This document shows, piece after piece, positions 23,007-31,234 of a stretch of 32,000 bases of DNA. The notes below the pieces were generated by a model. The model was not told the DNA's origin. It saw only the letters and a list, made by a program, of their open reading frames with translations, and made no database searches. The stretch lies in the NCBI GenBank assembly GCA_039920285.1, contig JBDSDX010000001.1, positions 60,001-92,000 of the forward strand, written 5' to 3'. The first letter of the stretch is position 1. The number at the start of each line of letters is the position of its first letter. Position numbers and translations under genes: made by a program. This DNA is from Candidatus Saccharimonadota bacterium. GTDB lineage: Bacteria; Patescibacteriota; Saccharimonadia; Saccharimonadales; Saccharimonadaceae.

Positions 23007-23645
23007 ATGTATCCCAATCAACCGCAACCTCCCGTCACTCCAACACCGACACCACCGCAAGTGGATTATTTGAACTCTATCGCACCACAAACACCGAAAA
23101 AACCTCTCTTCGTTTTGGGGCCAAAACTGGTCGCGATTGTCGCAGTCGCCCTTATCGTTATCGTTGGAGGTATCTCTCTCGTGATTAACACGGCCACAAC
23201 TAATGCAAAGAAGCCTCTCGAAACATTATCAGCTCGTTTAACGTCAACTGAAGCAATCGTCACAGCTGCGAAGCCTAATATTAAAAGTAGTGCCCTTCGC
23301 ACACTTAATAGCAACCTAGCAATCTACATGACCAACACCAACCGAGACGCGGCAACTCCGCTCAAGACAGCAGGTATCGACACTGCAAAGCTGAGTAAGT
23401 CGGTGCTTAAAGCTGAGTCACCCGATGCAATTAACGCTCGTCTTGAAGATGCTCGCTTAAACGCTGTGTATGACCGTACCTACGCCCGTGAAATGGCGTA
23501 TCAACTCGAGACACTAATTTCGCTAATGAAACAAATTTATAGCACCACACACAGTGCATCGTTGAAAGCATTCTTACAGACAACATTTGATAATCTTGCG
23601 CCAACGCAAAAAGCGTTCTCTGATTTCAACGCCGCCAACGGCTAA
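23007..23645 (+). CDS. Hypothetical single-pass membrane protein (Pro-rich N-terminus, helical ectodomain)
   Basis: 212 aa from ATG 23007; the six-frame ORF opens at TTG 22983. MYPNQPQPPVTPTPTPPQVDY..., TM helix LVAIVAVALIVIVGGISLVI, then an Ala/Leu/Thr-rich helical region. No recognisable family. Confidence 0.55.
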   Translation: MYPNQPQPPVTPTPTPPQVDYLNSIAPQTPKKPLFVLGPKLVAIVAVALIVIVGGISLVINTATTNAKKPLETLSARLTSTEAIVTAAKPNIKSSALRTLNSNLAIYMTNTNRDAATPLKTAGIDTAKLSKSVLKAESPDAINARLEDARLNAVYDRTYAREMAYQLETLISLMKQIYSTTHSASLKAFLQTTFDNLAPTQKAFSDFNAANG

Positions 23646-23983
23646 GCAATGCCAGCTACAAGATTGTAGCTGAGTCGAACAAGATCGTGCACTTCATCGT
23701 CAGTTAATTGTCCAGTTAAGATAAGCGTATTCCAGTGCTTCTTGTTCAAATGATATCCAGGAACAACAGACTCGTACTTTTCACGCAGTGTTTCAGCGAG
23801 ATTCGGGTCACATTTCAAACTCACTCGGAGTGGTTTTGTACCGTCGCTGATGATGGCAAACATCTTACCTTCACCGGTTTCTTTGTGACCAATTTTATAG
23901 ACTGACGAACCTTCTCCAAATGGAAAGTCGAGCCATGTGTTCGGATAGCTGAGCAGATATTCTTCTAATTCTTTGTGTGTCAT
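23642..23983 (-). CDS. MmcQ/YjbR-family protein
   Basis: 113 aa. YLLSYPNTWLDFPFGEGSSVYKIG...PGYHLNKKHWNTLIL is typical of YjbR/MmcQ. Confidence 0.75.
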   Translation of the reverse strand: MTHKELEEYLLSYPNTWLDFPFGEGSSVYKIGHKETGEGKMFAIISDGTKPLRVSLKCDPNLAETLREKYESVVPGYHLNKKHWNTLILTGQLTDDEVHDLVRLSYNLVAGIA

Positions 23984-23993
23984 TACTTCTATA

Positions 23994-25208
23994 CTACAGA
24001 CTACTGTAGGGTGCTTGCAACAGACTCATTGTTTTTGTCCAATCGAGACGTTGCAAAATACTTGCTTGTTGGTCGGCTGTTGCAGGTTTTGTAATCTTGC
24101 CAGAGTCGTTCGTACCAACAACACCAAACTGATACGTAAAGTCTAATTTCGATACATCTTGGTCTTTAATTTTCTCAAGACAGGTATCGTGGAATGCTTT
24201 ACAGCTATCGGCGAGTGCCAGCCATTTGTTCAACATTGCAGAGTCAGCATCCTTGAGTGTGATCTTTACGTTAATTCCTGCTGAGCGAACAACTTCGGCA
24301 GTATCTTGTTGGTCAAACATGAAGTTCCCCATCGAGTACACAATCAAGTGACCGTTATATGCTTCTGTGTTTTGGATCCAGTGAGGGTGATCGCCAATGA
24401 CCATGTCAGCGCCATGATCGATCATTGAGCGGTACGTTGAGGTTTTGAGTTCATCTGGTGCAGGTTTATATTCAACACCCATGTGCGGCATCGCAATGAC
24501 CGGCATGTACTTGCTGTACTGTTCCATAACAGCAAGTGACTCTTGTGATGGAATCTTGAAGACGCCGTGGTAGCCACACATTGCAAATGGGAGAGCCTGA
24601 GTCTTTACACTCTTGTCATCGTATTGAACCTTCACAGGCAATGTCACAACTTCACAGACATCATTGAGTTGGTCTGGATCATAGTGTCCGAAATATTGGA
24701 TCTTGTTGTCATCGAGATGTTGCTTTGTTTCAGCAAATCCTTCAGGTCCCCTATTGTCGGTGTGGTTATTTGCGAGTGTTACAGCCGTGAACCATTTGGC
24801 TGCTTCTGGTAAATAATCCGGTGAACAATTGAACGAAAGTGTGGAATCTTCTTGAGCTGATGTTTGCGAGAATCCAGCAACGGTTGGACATTCAAGTCCT
24901 GTGATCCAGGCATCATAATTTTCACGTTGGAATTCGTTCAATCGAGAAAATGGATAGGCTGTCTTGAGTGGACTGGCATTTGACCAATCATTCATGTAAC
25001 GACCCCAGTACATGTTACCGAAAAACAAATCATTTGCCGTCACGCCGACTGGTTTAGCGACTGGCTTCACCGTTTCTTTTTGCGTCGTATCAGGAGTCTT
25101 CACAGTTCGAGTAAAGATGAGCCCGGCAGCCGTCGCGAGAATAATCACTGACCCAATGACAATCAGCCATACTCCCATTCGACGTCGACGCTTCTCTTGA
25201 ATCTTCAT
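23994..25208 (-). CDS. CapA-family (PGA_cap metallophosphoesterase-like) membrane-anchored protein
   Basis: 404 aa. N-terminal TM helix (VWLIVIGSVIILATAAGLIF), then LANNHTDNRGPEG, MPHMGVEY, GDHPHWIQ and YSMGNFMFDQ motifs. Confidence 0.8.
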   Translation of the reverse strand: MKIQEKRRRRMGVWLIVIGSVIILATAAGLIFTRTVKTPDTTQKETVKPVAKPVGVTANDLFFGNMYWGRYMNDWSNASPLKTAYPFSRLNEFQRENYDAWITGLECPTVAGFSQTSAQEDSTLSFNCSPDYLPEAAKWFTAVTLANNHTDNRGPEGFAETKQHLDDNKIQYFGHYDPDQLNDVCEVVTLPVKVQYDDKSVKTQALPFAMCGYHGVFKIPSQESLAVMEQYSKYMPVIAMPHMGVEYKPAPDELKTSTYRSMIDHGADMVIGDHPHWIQNTEAYNGHLIVYSMGNFMFDQQDTAEVVRSAGINVKITLKDADSAMLNKWLALADSCKAFHDTCLEKIKDQDVSKLDFTYQFGVVGTNDSGKITKPATADQQASILQRLDWTKTMSLLQAPYSSL

Positions 25209-25229
25209 GATAATTTAATTGTACACCCT

Positions 25230-25787
25230 TTAAATTTTTACTTTTGCTAAGTAATATTTCAGTTCCATGATGCTCCCACGAATATCATCGAGTGCGCGGT
25301 GCTCTTCGGGTTTGGCAAATTTCTTACCATACTTTCCATCGAAGACCACTTTCCACGCACTGACATCGAGCATGCGGTAGTGTAGACGCGCATCAAATTT
25401 CTTCCACTCGTTGATGATAAAACGACGGTCCATATGGATCGAGTTGCCGGCAAGAATAACTGGTATGTCTTTTTCGAAGTGTACGTCAATAAACGCGAGG
25501 AGTTCATTTTCAATCGTACGACTAGGTTTCCCCTTCTCAACGTTCTGCTTTTTTAAGGCCGAACGGACTTCAGGAAAAGTATCCCAAAACGGTGTATTCA
25601 TTTGACGATCGGCTAGTCGAGAACTCACCTTTACGACACCTTCATAGGTCGCAATTTCATTAAAATCCCAATCAGTCACGATGGCTGCAACTTCCATGAT
25701 GCGGTCTTTGATCGGGTCAAGACTGGTCATTTCAAGGTCGACCCATAGGAGGTGTTTTTGACGCGAGTTTCGGAGTTTTTTATCCAT
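25230..25787 (-). CDS. orn: Oligoribonuclease (DEDDh 3'-5' exonuclease)
   Basis: 185 aa. LLWVDLEMTSLDPIKDRIMEVAAIVTD and HRALDDIRGSIMELKYY. Confidence 0.9.
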   Translation of the reverse strand: MDKKLRNSRQKHLLWVDLEMTSLDPIKDRIMEVAAIVTDWDFNEIATYEGVVKVSSRLADRQMNTPFWDTFPEVRSALKKQNVEKGKPSRTIENELLAFIDVHFEKDIPVILAGNSIHMDRRFIINEWKKFDARLHYRMLDVSAWKVVFDGKYGKKFAKPEEHRALDDIRGSIMELKYYLAKVKI

Positions 25788-25789
25788 GA

Positions 25790-26185
25790 TTATTTCTCTT
25801 TCTTTGCTGGGGTAAAAGTCAGACTCAGTGAGTTGATGCAGTAGCGCTGGTCAGTTGGCACATCGAAGCCTTCGCCTTCAAATACATGTCCTAAGTGGCC
25901 ACCACATGTCGCGCAGGTTACTTCTGTTCGCTTCATCAATCCGCTATTATCGGGTGTAAAAATAACTGCACCTTTTTTAGCATCGTAAAAACTTGGCCAG
26001 CCACAGTGTGCGTCAAATTTTTTGTCGCTCTCAAATAAAACCGTCCCGCAGGCAGCGCAGGCGTAACTTCCCTTTTCGGTGAATTCATCGTACTCACCAC
26101 TAAATGGTGATTCGGTCGCTTTGTTAAACAGTACGTCGTATTGTTCGTCGGTGAGTGTCGCCTTATACGGAGCGCCGTCAGCCAT
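25790..26185 (-). CDS. msrB: Peptide-methionine (R)-S-oxide reductase
   Basis: 131 aa from ATG 26185; the six-frame ORF runs to 26206 and would overlap mscL. CAACGTVLF...HCGWPSF...CATCGGHLGHVF...RYCINS. Confidence 0.95.
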   Translation of the reverse strand: MADGAPYKATLTDEQYDVLFNKATESPFSGEYDEFTEKGSYACAACGTVLFESDKKFDAHCGWPSFYDAKKGAVIFTPDNSGLMKRTEVTCATCGGHLGHVFEGEGFDVPTDQRYCINSLSLTFTPAKKEK

Positions 26186-26186
26186 A

Positions 26187-26594
26187 CTAGTCTTTCTTCT
26201 TATCAAGTTTGGTCAGGCCAAGCAGGTTGAAGACCAGGTAGACAACAAGCGCAATAACCAAGAAGTTTATAAGGTCATTAAGAAATGTTCCGTAGTGAAT
26301 AACCGCTGGATTACCACTCGCTTTTCCAATCGTGACTGAAAGACCCTTAAGACCATCGGCTGAACCAAGCAATAGACCTACTGGTGGCATAACGACATTA
26401 TCAACTAACGATTTAACAAGAATGCTTACTGCGCCACCCAAGACTAAACCAACAGCCAGTCCAACGACGCCTTGTGTTCGAATAAAATCAACAAATCCAC
26501 GAACAGGTCCACCGGTAACCGTCACGATTGCTTTCGCAGGTGCGGCAACTATTTTCACTCTCGCAGCACGCGAAGTACGTTTTGTTTCAGCCAT
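26187..26594 (-). CDS. mscL: Large-conductance mechanosensitive channel
   Basis: 135 aa. FVDFIRTQGVVGLAVGLVLGGAVSILVKSLVDNVVMPPVGLLLG. SD AGAGGAG 5 nt before the ATG. Confidence 0.9.
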   Translation of the reverse strand: MAETKRTSRAARVKIVAAPAKAIVTVTGGPVRGFVDFIRTQGVVGLAVGLVLGGAVSILVKSLVDNVVMPPVGLLLGSADGLKGLSVTIGKASGNPAVIHYGTFLNDLINFLVIALVVYLVFNLLGLTKLDKKKD

Positions 26595-26615
26595 ATCAAC
26601 TCCTCTTATGGGGTA

Positions 26616-26624
26616 ATTATATCA
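26616..26624 (-). promoter_or_regulatory. Extended -10 promoter (TGaTATAAT) of the mscL-msrB-orn-capA-yjbR string
   Basis: Reverse strand reads aaaaTGaTATAATtaccccataAGAGGAGttgatATG. The short leader carries an SD. Confidence 0.5.
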
Positions 26625-26659
26625 TTTTTGATCATTCAGCAGGAAGACGGGTGTTGTCC

Positions 26660-28345
26660 CTACATTTGCGAAGGAACTTGGATGCCAAGGAGGTTAAGTC
26701 CATGGTCAAACACCTGGCTTACCTTCGAAAGAATACCGAGGCGAGCAGCTTTTTCATCATCATTAACTTCACCGGTCGCAATCTGCGTACTTTCGTAGTA
26801 GCGGTTCATGTCACGCGCTAGTTCATAGAGGTAATTCGCAATACGGTGTGGTTCAAGATCACGTGCAGCCAGCGTGACAACAGATGGATAATCGAGCAGC
26901 TTCGCAATAATCGCTTTTTCGGCTTCGTAGTCATAGCCTTCAACGCGCGCACTTCCCTGCCCATATTCTTTTACTATTTTATTTAAACGAACCGCAGCGT
27001 ACTGAACATACGGTCCACTAAATCCTGTGAGAGCAAAGATATTATCCCAGTCAAACAAGATATTCGTTCGTCGGTCTGACGTAAAATCACTAAACTTCAC
27101 TGCGCCGAGCGCGATTTTTTTGACGTCGTCTTCGCTGACATCGCGACCTTCAACAACTTGATGTGCTTTTGCTTCAGCTTGATTAAGTAGCTCTTCCATC
27201 AAGATGACGCCTTTACGGCTGCTCATTTTTTCGCGGCTGCCGTCTTCATTGACTTGGTCAATCGTTCCAAACCAGAGATGAATTAATTCTGTTCCAATAC
27301 CGAGCTTCTTAGCCATGGCAAAAAGTTGAGCAAAGTAAAATTGTTGCTCAGCACCAACTGCATAAATAACTTTGTCAGGGTGCCATTCGCTTTCACGATA
27401 CAAAATGGTCGCGAGATCACTCGTCGCATAGAGCGCAGCACCGTTGCTCTTCTGAACCAGCAATGGAACATCAAAACCCATGTCATCAAGAGGCACAATA
27501 ATCGAATTATCTTCGTTCTGAATCGCAACACCACTTTCGAGTAGTCGTTGTACCGCTTCTTTACCACGTGGGGCAAAGAATGCCTCACCAAGTTCATATT
27601 CAGTTGAGATATTGAGACGACTCATAACAGCGTGAATATGGTCGAGTGAGATCTGATTAAAACGTTTTGAGAAAAGTTGGGCTTGTCCGTCACCTGCTTC
27701 AAATTTTAAGAGCCAATCTTGTACTTCATCAGCAAGTTCATGACCATCTTGCTCTTTTTCTTCCTTCAAGGCTTTTTTCATTGCGATGTAGACACGACCG
27801 AGTTCGTAGACGCCATCTTTTTCCAATGCTTCGTCGTTTGAATATTTTAAGAATCCGGCAATCCAGATGCCGAGTGGTGCACCATAGTCGCCCAAGTGGT
27901 TATCCGTGATAACTTTCCAACCTGTCGCTTCCATGAGTTGCTTGGCAGCCCAGCCTTGGTTGCCTGGACGAAGGTGCCCGACACTATATGGCTTAGCCAT
28001 GTTCGGACTGGGATACTCAACAACGACGGTTTTACCGTGACCGTCTTGATTATTACCGTAGGTCGGTCCCCACACTTCTTCGAGATTGTCGAGTAAGACA
28101 CTGGCGGTAAGTTTCATATTAATAAAACCTGGTCCCGCAACTGTCACTTCACTCAGGTGTGCAAACTCACGAAGCTTTGCAGCGATTTCTTCTGCAACGT
28201 CTCGTGGGTTACGACCAAGCTTATTTGCAATCTGCAGAGCAACGTTCGTGGCGTAGTCACCAAACTCAGGATCGGGGCGCGTCAACTTGACGTCGGTATC
28301 GACGTCGTACAATTCACGAATAATCTGAGCGAGGTTTGCTTCCAT
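26660..28345 (-). CDS. argS: Arginine--tRNA ligase
   Basis: 561 aa. Class I HIGH-like region (PSPNMAKPYSVGHLRPG), anticodon-binding C-terminus, length typical of ArgS. Confidence 0.95.
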   Translation of the reverse strand: MEANLAQIIRELYDVDTDVKLTRPDPEFGDYATNVALQIANKLGRNPRDVAEEIAAKLREFAHLSEVTVAGPGFINMKLTASVLLDNLEEVWGPTYGNNQDGHGKTVVVEYPSPNMAKPYSVGHLRPGNQGWAAKQLMEATGWKVITDNHLGDYGAPLGIWIAGFLKYSNDEALEKDGVYELGRVYIAMKKALKEEKEQDGHELADEVQDWLLKFEAGDGQAQLFSKRFNQISLDHIHAVMSRLNISTEYELGEAFFAPRGKEAVQRLLESGVAIQNEDNSIIVPLDDMGFDVPLLVQKSNGAALYATSDLATILYRESEWHPDKVIYAVGAEQQFYFAQLFAMAKKLGIGTELIHLWFGTIDQVNEDGSREKMSSRKGVILMEELLNQAEAKAHQVVEGRDVSEDDVKKIALGAVKFSDFTSDRRTNILFDWDNIFALTGFSGPYVQYAAVRLNKIVKEYGQGSARVEGYDYEAEKAIIAKLLDYPSVVTLAARDLEPHRIANYLYELARDMNRYYESTQIATGEVNDDEKAARLGILSKVSQVFDHGLNLLGIQVPSQM

Positions 28346-28353
28346 TTGTGTTC

Positions 28354-28362
28354 ATTATAACA
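28354..28362 (-). promoter_or_regulatory. Extended -10 promoter of argS (TGtTATAAT), 8 nt from the ATG
   Basis: Reverse strand, right after the pyrG stop: TAAccgtctcTGtTATAATgaacacaaATG. No SD and no room for a T-box leader. Confidence 0.5.
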
Positions 28363-28369
28363 GAGACGG

Positions 28370-29953
28370 TTATGAACGTGCAGCGGCTTTAATCAAGCCA
28401 ATGAACAGAGCGTGTGGTCGGAACGGACGGCTCTTGAATTCTGGGTGCGCTTGGGTCGCAACAAAGTACGGATTGTCCGTTGCTTCAATATATTCAACAA
28501 GTTTGCCATCAGGTGACAATCCAGTAATCTCGAGTCCGCCTTTGTTAATCTCCGGAAGAAATTTTTGATTCACTTCGTAGCGGTGACGATGTCGTTCAAC
28601 AATTTCGTTACTCCCGTAGGCTGCTTCGACTTTTGAACCAGGCGTTAATTTCGCCGTGTAATCGCCGAGACGCAGTGTTCCGCCGGTTGATTCTTTGCCA
28701 GCTTGACCTTCCATAATATAGACGACGTCATGTGTGGTATCAGCATCAAATTCAGTGCTATTGGCATCGTCAAGACCAGCTCGTCGAGCCGCTGCAATGA
28801 CCGCAACCTGCAACCCCAAACAGAGACCAAGATACGGAACCTTGTGCTCCAATGCATATGTTGCTGCAGCGACCTTGCCTTCAATACCCCGCTTGCCGAA
28901 ACCGCCAGGAACTAAGATACCATCGAGATCTTTCATGTCTTCTGCACTCACATCTTCTGCGTTGATCCAATCAAGTTGAAGCCCCACTCCTTCGTGCCAG
29001 GCAGCGGCCTTCAACGCTTCAATCACAGAGATATATGTATCTTCATTGTCCATATATTTAGCAATCATTCCGATACGAACTGTCTTGGTATAGTCCTTTG
29101 CCTGCGCTTCAGCGAGTTTCTTCCACTTCGTAAGATCGGCTTTTTTTGTGTTGCCAGTAAAACGACTCAAGACAGTGTTGATACCACTCGCGTCGATAGT
29201 CAACGGCACTTCATAAACAGTTTTAGCGTTTGAAAGTAAGATCACTGCATCTTTCGTCACGCCACTAAACTGAGCGATTTTTTCAGCAATGCTCGTTGGT
29301 GCAGGGTCATCAGTACGAACCACGACACAGTCTGGCACAATACCGAAGCCCCGCAAATCATTCAGCGCATTTTGTGCAGGTTTTGATTTGAATTCTTTAC
29401 TCGTTTGAATAAATGGTACATAGACAACGTGCACGTATAGACAGTTCTCGCGACCAACACGTGAGGCAAACTCACGGATTGCTTCAACGTAACTCAACCC
29501 TTCGTAGTCTCCAACTGTTCCACCAATTTCAACGATATGAACATCAGATCCATTGGCTGCCAGTTGAATCGCGTCTTGAATAGCTGAGGTGAGATGCGGA
29601 ACGAGTTGAATCGTCTGACCATTAAATTTACCGGCACGTTCATCGGCAATCAGCTGACTCAAGAGTCGACCGGAAAGCGTGGCGCTTTTTTGTGTTAATT
29701 CGACGTCCAAGAAACGTTCGTAGTGCCCAAGGTCTAAGTCGGTTTCAGCACCATCTTTGGTGACGAAACATTCGCCGTGTTCTTTAGGATTTAAAAGGCC
29801 CGCATCTACATTGAGATACGGGTCACATTTTTGAATCGAAACGGTGCTGCCTTGGGCCTGCAAAATAGCCCCAATGCTGGCCGCGGTAATACCCTTACCG
29901 ACGCCTGACAGTACACCTCCAGTTACAAAGATAAATTTTTGTTTTGCCCCCAT
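28370..29953 (-). CDS. pyrG: CTP synthase
   Basis: 527 aa from ATG 29953 (GGAGGTG 9 nt upstream). The six-frame start ATG 29971 lies inside that SD. KFIFVTGGVLSGVGKGI and the glutamine amidotransferase motif GLCLGLQ. Confidence 0.95.
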   Translation of the reverse strand: MGAKQKFIFVTGGVLSGVGKGITAASIGAILQAQGSTVSIQKCDPYLNVDAGLLNPKEHGECFVTKDGAETDLDLGHYERFLDVELTQKSATLSGRLLSQLIADERAGKFNGQTIQLVPHLTSAIQDAIQLAANGSDVHIVEIGGTVGDYEGLSYVEAIREFASRVGRENCLYVHVVYVPFIQTSKEFKSKPAQNALNDLRGFGIVPDCVVVRTDDPAPTSIAEKIAQFSGVTKDAVILLSNAKTVYEVPLTIDASGINTVLSRFTGNTKKADLTKWKKLAEAQAKDYTKTVRIGMIAKYMDNEDTYISVIEALKAAAWHEGVGLQLDWINAEDVSAEDMKDLDGILVPGGFGKRGIEGKVAAATYALEHKVPYLGLCLGLQVAVIAAARRAGLDDANSTEFDADTTHDVVYIMEGQAGKESTGGTLRLGDYTAKLTPGSKVEAAYGSNEIVERHRHRYEVNQKFLPEINKGGLEITGLSPDGKLVEYIEATDNPYFVATQAHPEFKSRPFRPHALFIGLIKAAARS

Positions 29954-29979
29954 GTTTGTCTGCACCTCCATGGGACTTT

Positions 29980-29988
29980 ATTGTAGCA
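29980..29988 (-). promoter_or_regulatory. Extended -10 promoter of pyrG (TGcTACAAT)
   Basis: Reverse strand reads gTGcTACAATaaagtcccatGGAGGtgcagacaaacATG. Leader of ~20 nt with an SD. Confidence 0.5.
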
Positions 29989-30051
29989 CCACGTCTATTT
30001 CAAACGCTAGCCCTACGACGTTGTAGTATTGTACTACGCTAGATATAGCGC

Positions 30052-31227
30052 TTAGGATAAGAGGTTATCAAGAGATGTACCAGGGGCGTATAACTCAAGC
30101 GGCGCATTGTCCATGCCCCATGCTTGCTGCACAGGTGCGACAATTTCCCATGACCTGAGGACTTCTGGGCCAGTGGTAAAGATGGCTTTTCGACCATTAA
30201 TGGCTTCGACAAGCACACGTTCGTAGGCATCGGCCAAACGACCTTCGATCGGTGTTTTTCCTTCTTCAAAAGTGTCGCTTGAACCATCTCTATACGAAAC
30301 AGTAACATATGAACGCTTTTCATCCAGCGCCTTACCGGTACTGAGTCGCAGCGGCACGCCTTCCCATCGTTCGTCATCACTAAAGAGTTCGATACTCGCG
30401 AAGGTTTCAGTCAAGCTTCCCTTGTTCTCTACTTCGGCCTGATAGCCTTCGTACTGACCGCGCCTGGCAAGATCAGCATTAGCAGGCATCAGAGCCTCCA
30501 ATGCTTTCAGACGGTACTGTGCGAGCTTCTCAAGGTCAAGATCGGTAGGGATCTCCATAAGAACGAGTGAGAGAAGCTGCATTAAGTGACCTTGGATGAA
30601 ATCACGCAAGGCACCGGTCTCTTCATAGAAAGTTCCACGACCCTCGACACCAATTTTTTCACTTGCAACGACTTCAATCGCCGCGACAGTTTCACTATCC
30701 CATGCATGGTGGTGATTTTCTGCATTAGCACGCAGCTTCAAGAGGTACTGAGTCACCTCTTTCGCCATATAATGATCGATACGATAGAGCTGTTCTTCTG
30801 CAAAATAGTGACCAGTACGCTCTAAGAAATCTTGGGCAGAAACCAAGTCAAAGCCGAATGGCTTTTCAAATAAAATCTTTACATTTGGTGTGTTCACGCC
30901 CGCTTGACCAAGAAAATCAACGATATCTGCTGCGGCACTAGGTGGCACAGACAAATATATAAGTGCTTGTTCATCGGACTGTAGTGCTAAATAATCACTC
31001 AGTCCGCGGTAATCCCCCGCTTCGGCTAAATTCATAGTGTGCACAGAAGTGCGATCAAGTAACACACTGTCGCCCAAAAGTTCTTTGACGTCGACTTCAC
31101 GACGAGACACACCGACAATCGACAAATCATCATAATCGCCAGTATTGGCAATCTCTGTCAGCGCCGGCAAAAGCTTCCGACGACTCAAATCACCGGTAAT
31201 GCCAAAGATAACGAGTTTTGTTTTCAT
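30052..31227 (-). CDS. zwf: Glucose-6-phosphate 1-dehydrogenase (compact, 391 aa)
   Basis: From ATG 31227; the six-frame ORF runs to 31311, overlapping the CYTH gene. IFGITGDLSRRKLLPAL (NADP site), EKPFG, RIDHYMAKE (active-site motif), RDFIQGHLMQLL. Confidence 0.85.
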   Translation of the reverse strand: MKTKLVIFGITGDLSRRKLLPALTEIANTGDYDDLSIVGVSRREVDVKELLGDSVLLDRTSVHTMNLAEAGDYRGLSDYLALQSDEQALIYLSVPPSAAADIVDFLGQAGVNTPNVKILFEKPFGFDLVSAQDFLERTGHYFAEEQLYRIDHYMAKEVTQYLLKLRANAENHHHAWDSETVAAIEVVASEKIGVEGRGTFYEETGALRDFIQGHLMQLLSLVLMEIPTDLDLEKLAQYRLKALEALMPANADLARRGQYEGYQAEVENKGSLTETFASIELFSDDERWEGVPLRLSTGKALDEKRSYVTVSYRDGSSDTFEEGKTPIEGRLADAYERVLVEAINGRKAIFTTGPEVLRSWEIVAPVQQAWGMDNAPLELYAPGTSLDNLLS

Positions 31228-31234
31228 ACCGTTA

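Noticed and set aside
22952-23017. N-terminal extensions of six-frame ORFs: dnaG to 23017, pnp to 4216, zwf to 31311, pyrG to 29971, msrB to 26206, PgeF-M15 to 20171 (TTG), truB to 9637 (TTG), orf23007 from 22983 (TTG).
   Set aside because: The extensions add non-conserved residues and overlap upstream genes or promoter elements. Internal ATGs are supported by an SD (pnp, pyrG), by a -10 box at leaderless spacing (dnaG, zwf, PgeF-M15, truB, orf23007), or by tight stop-start spacing to the upstream gene (msrB).
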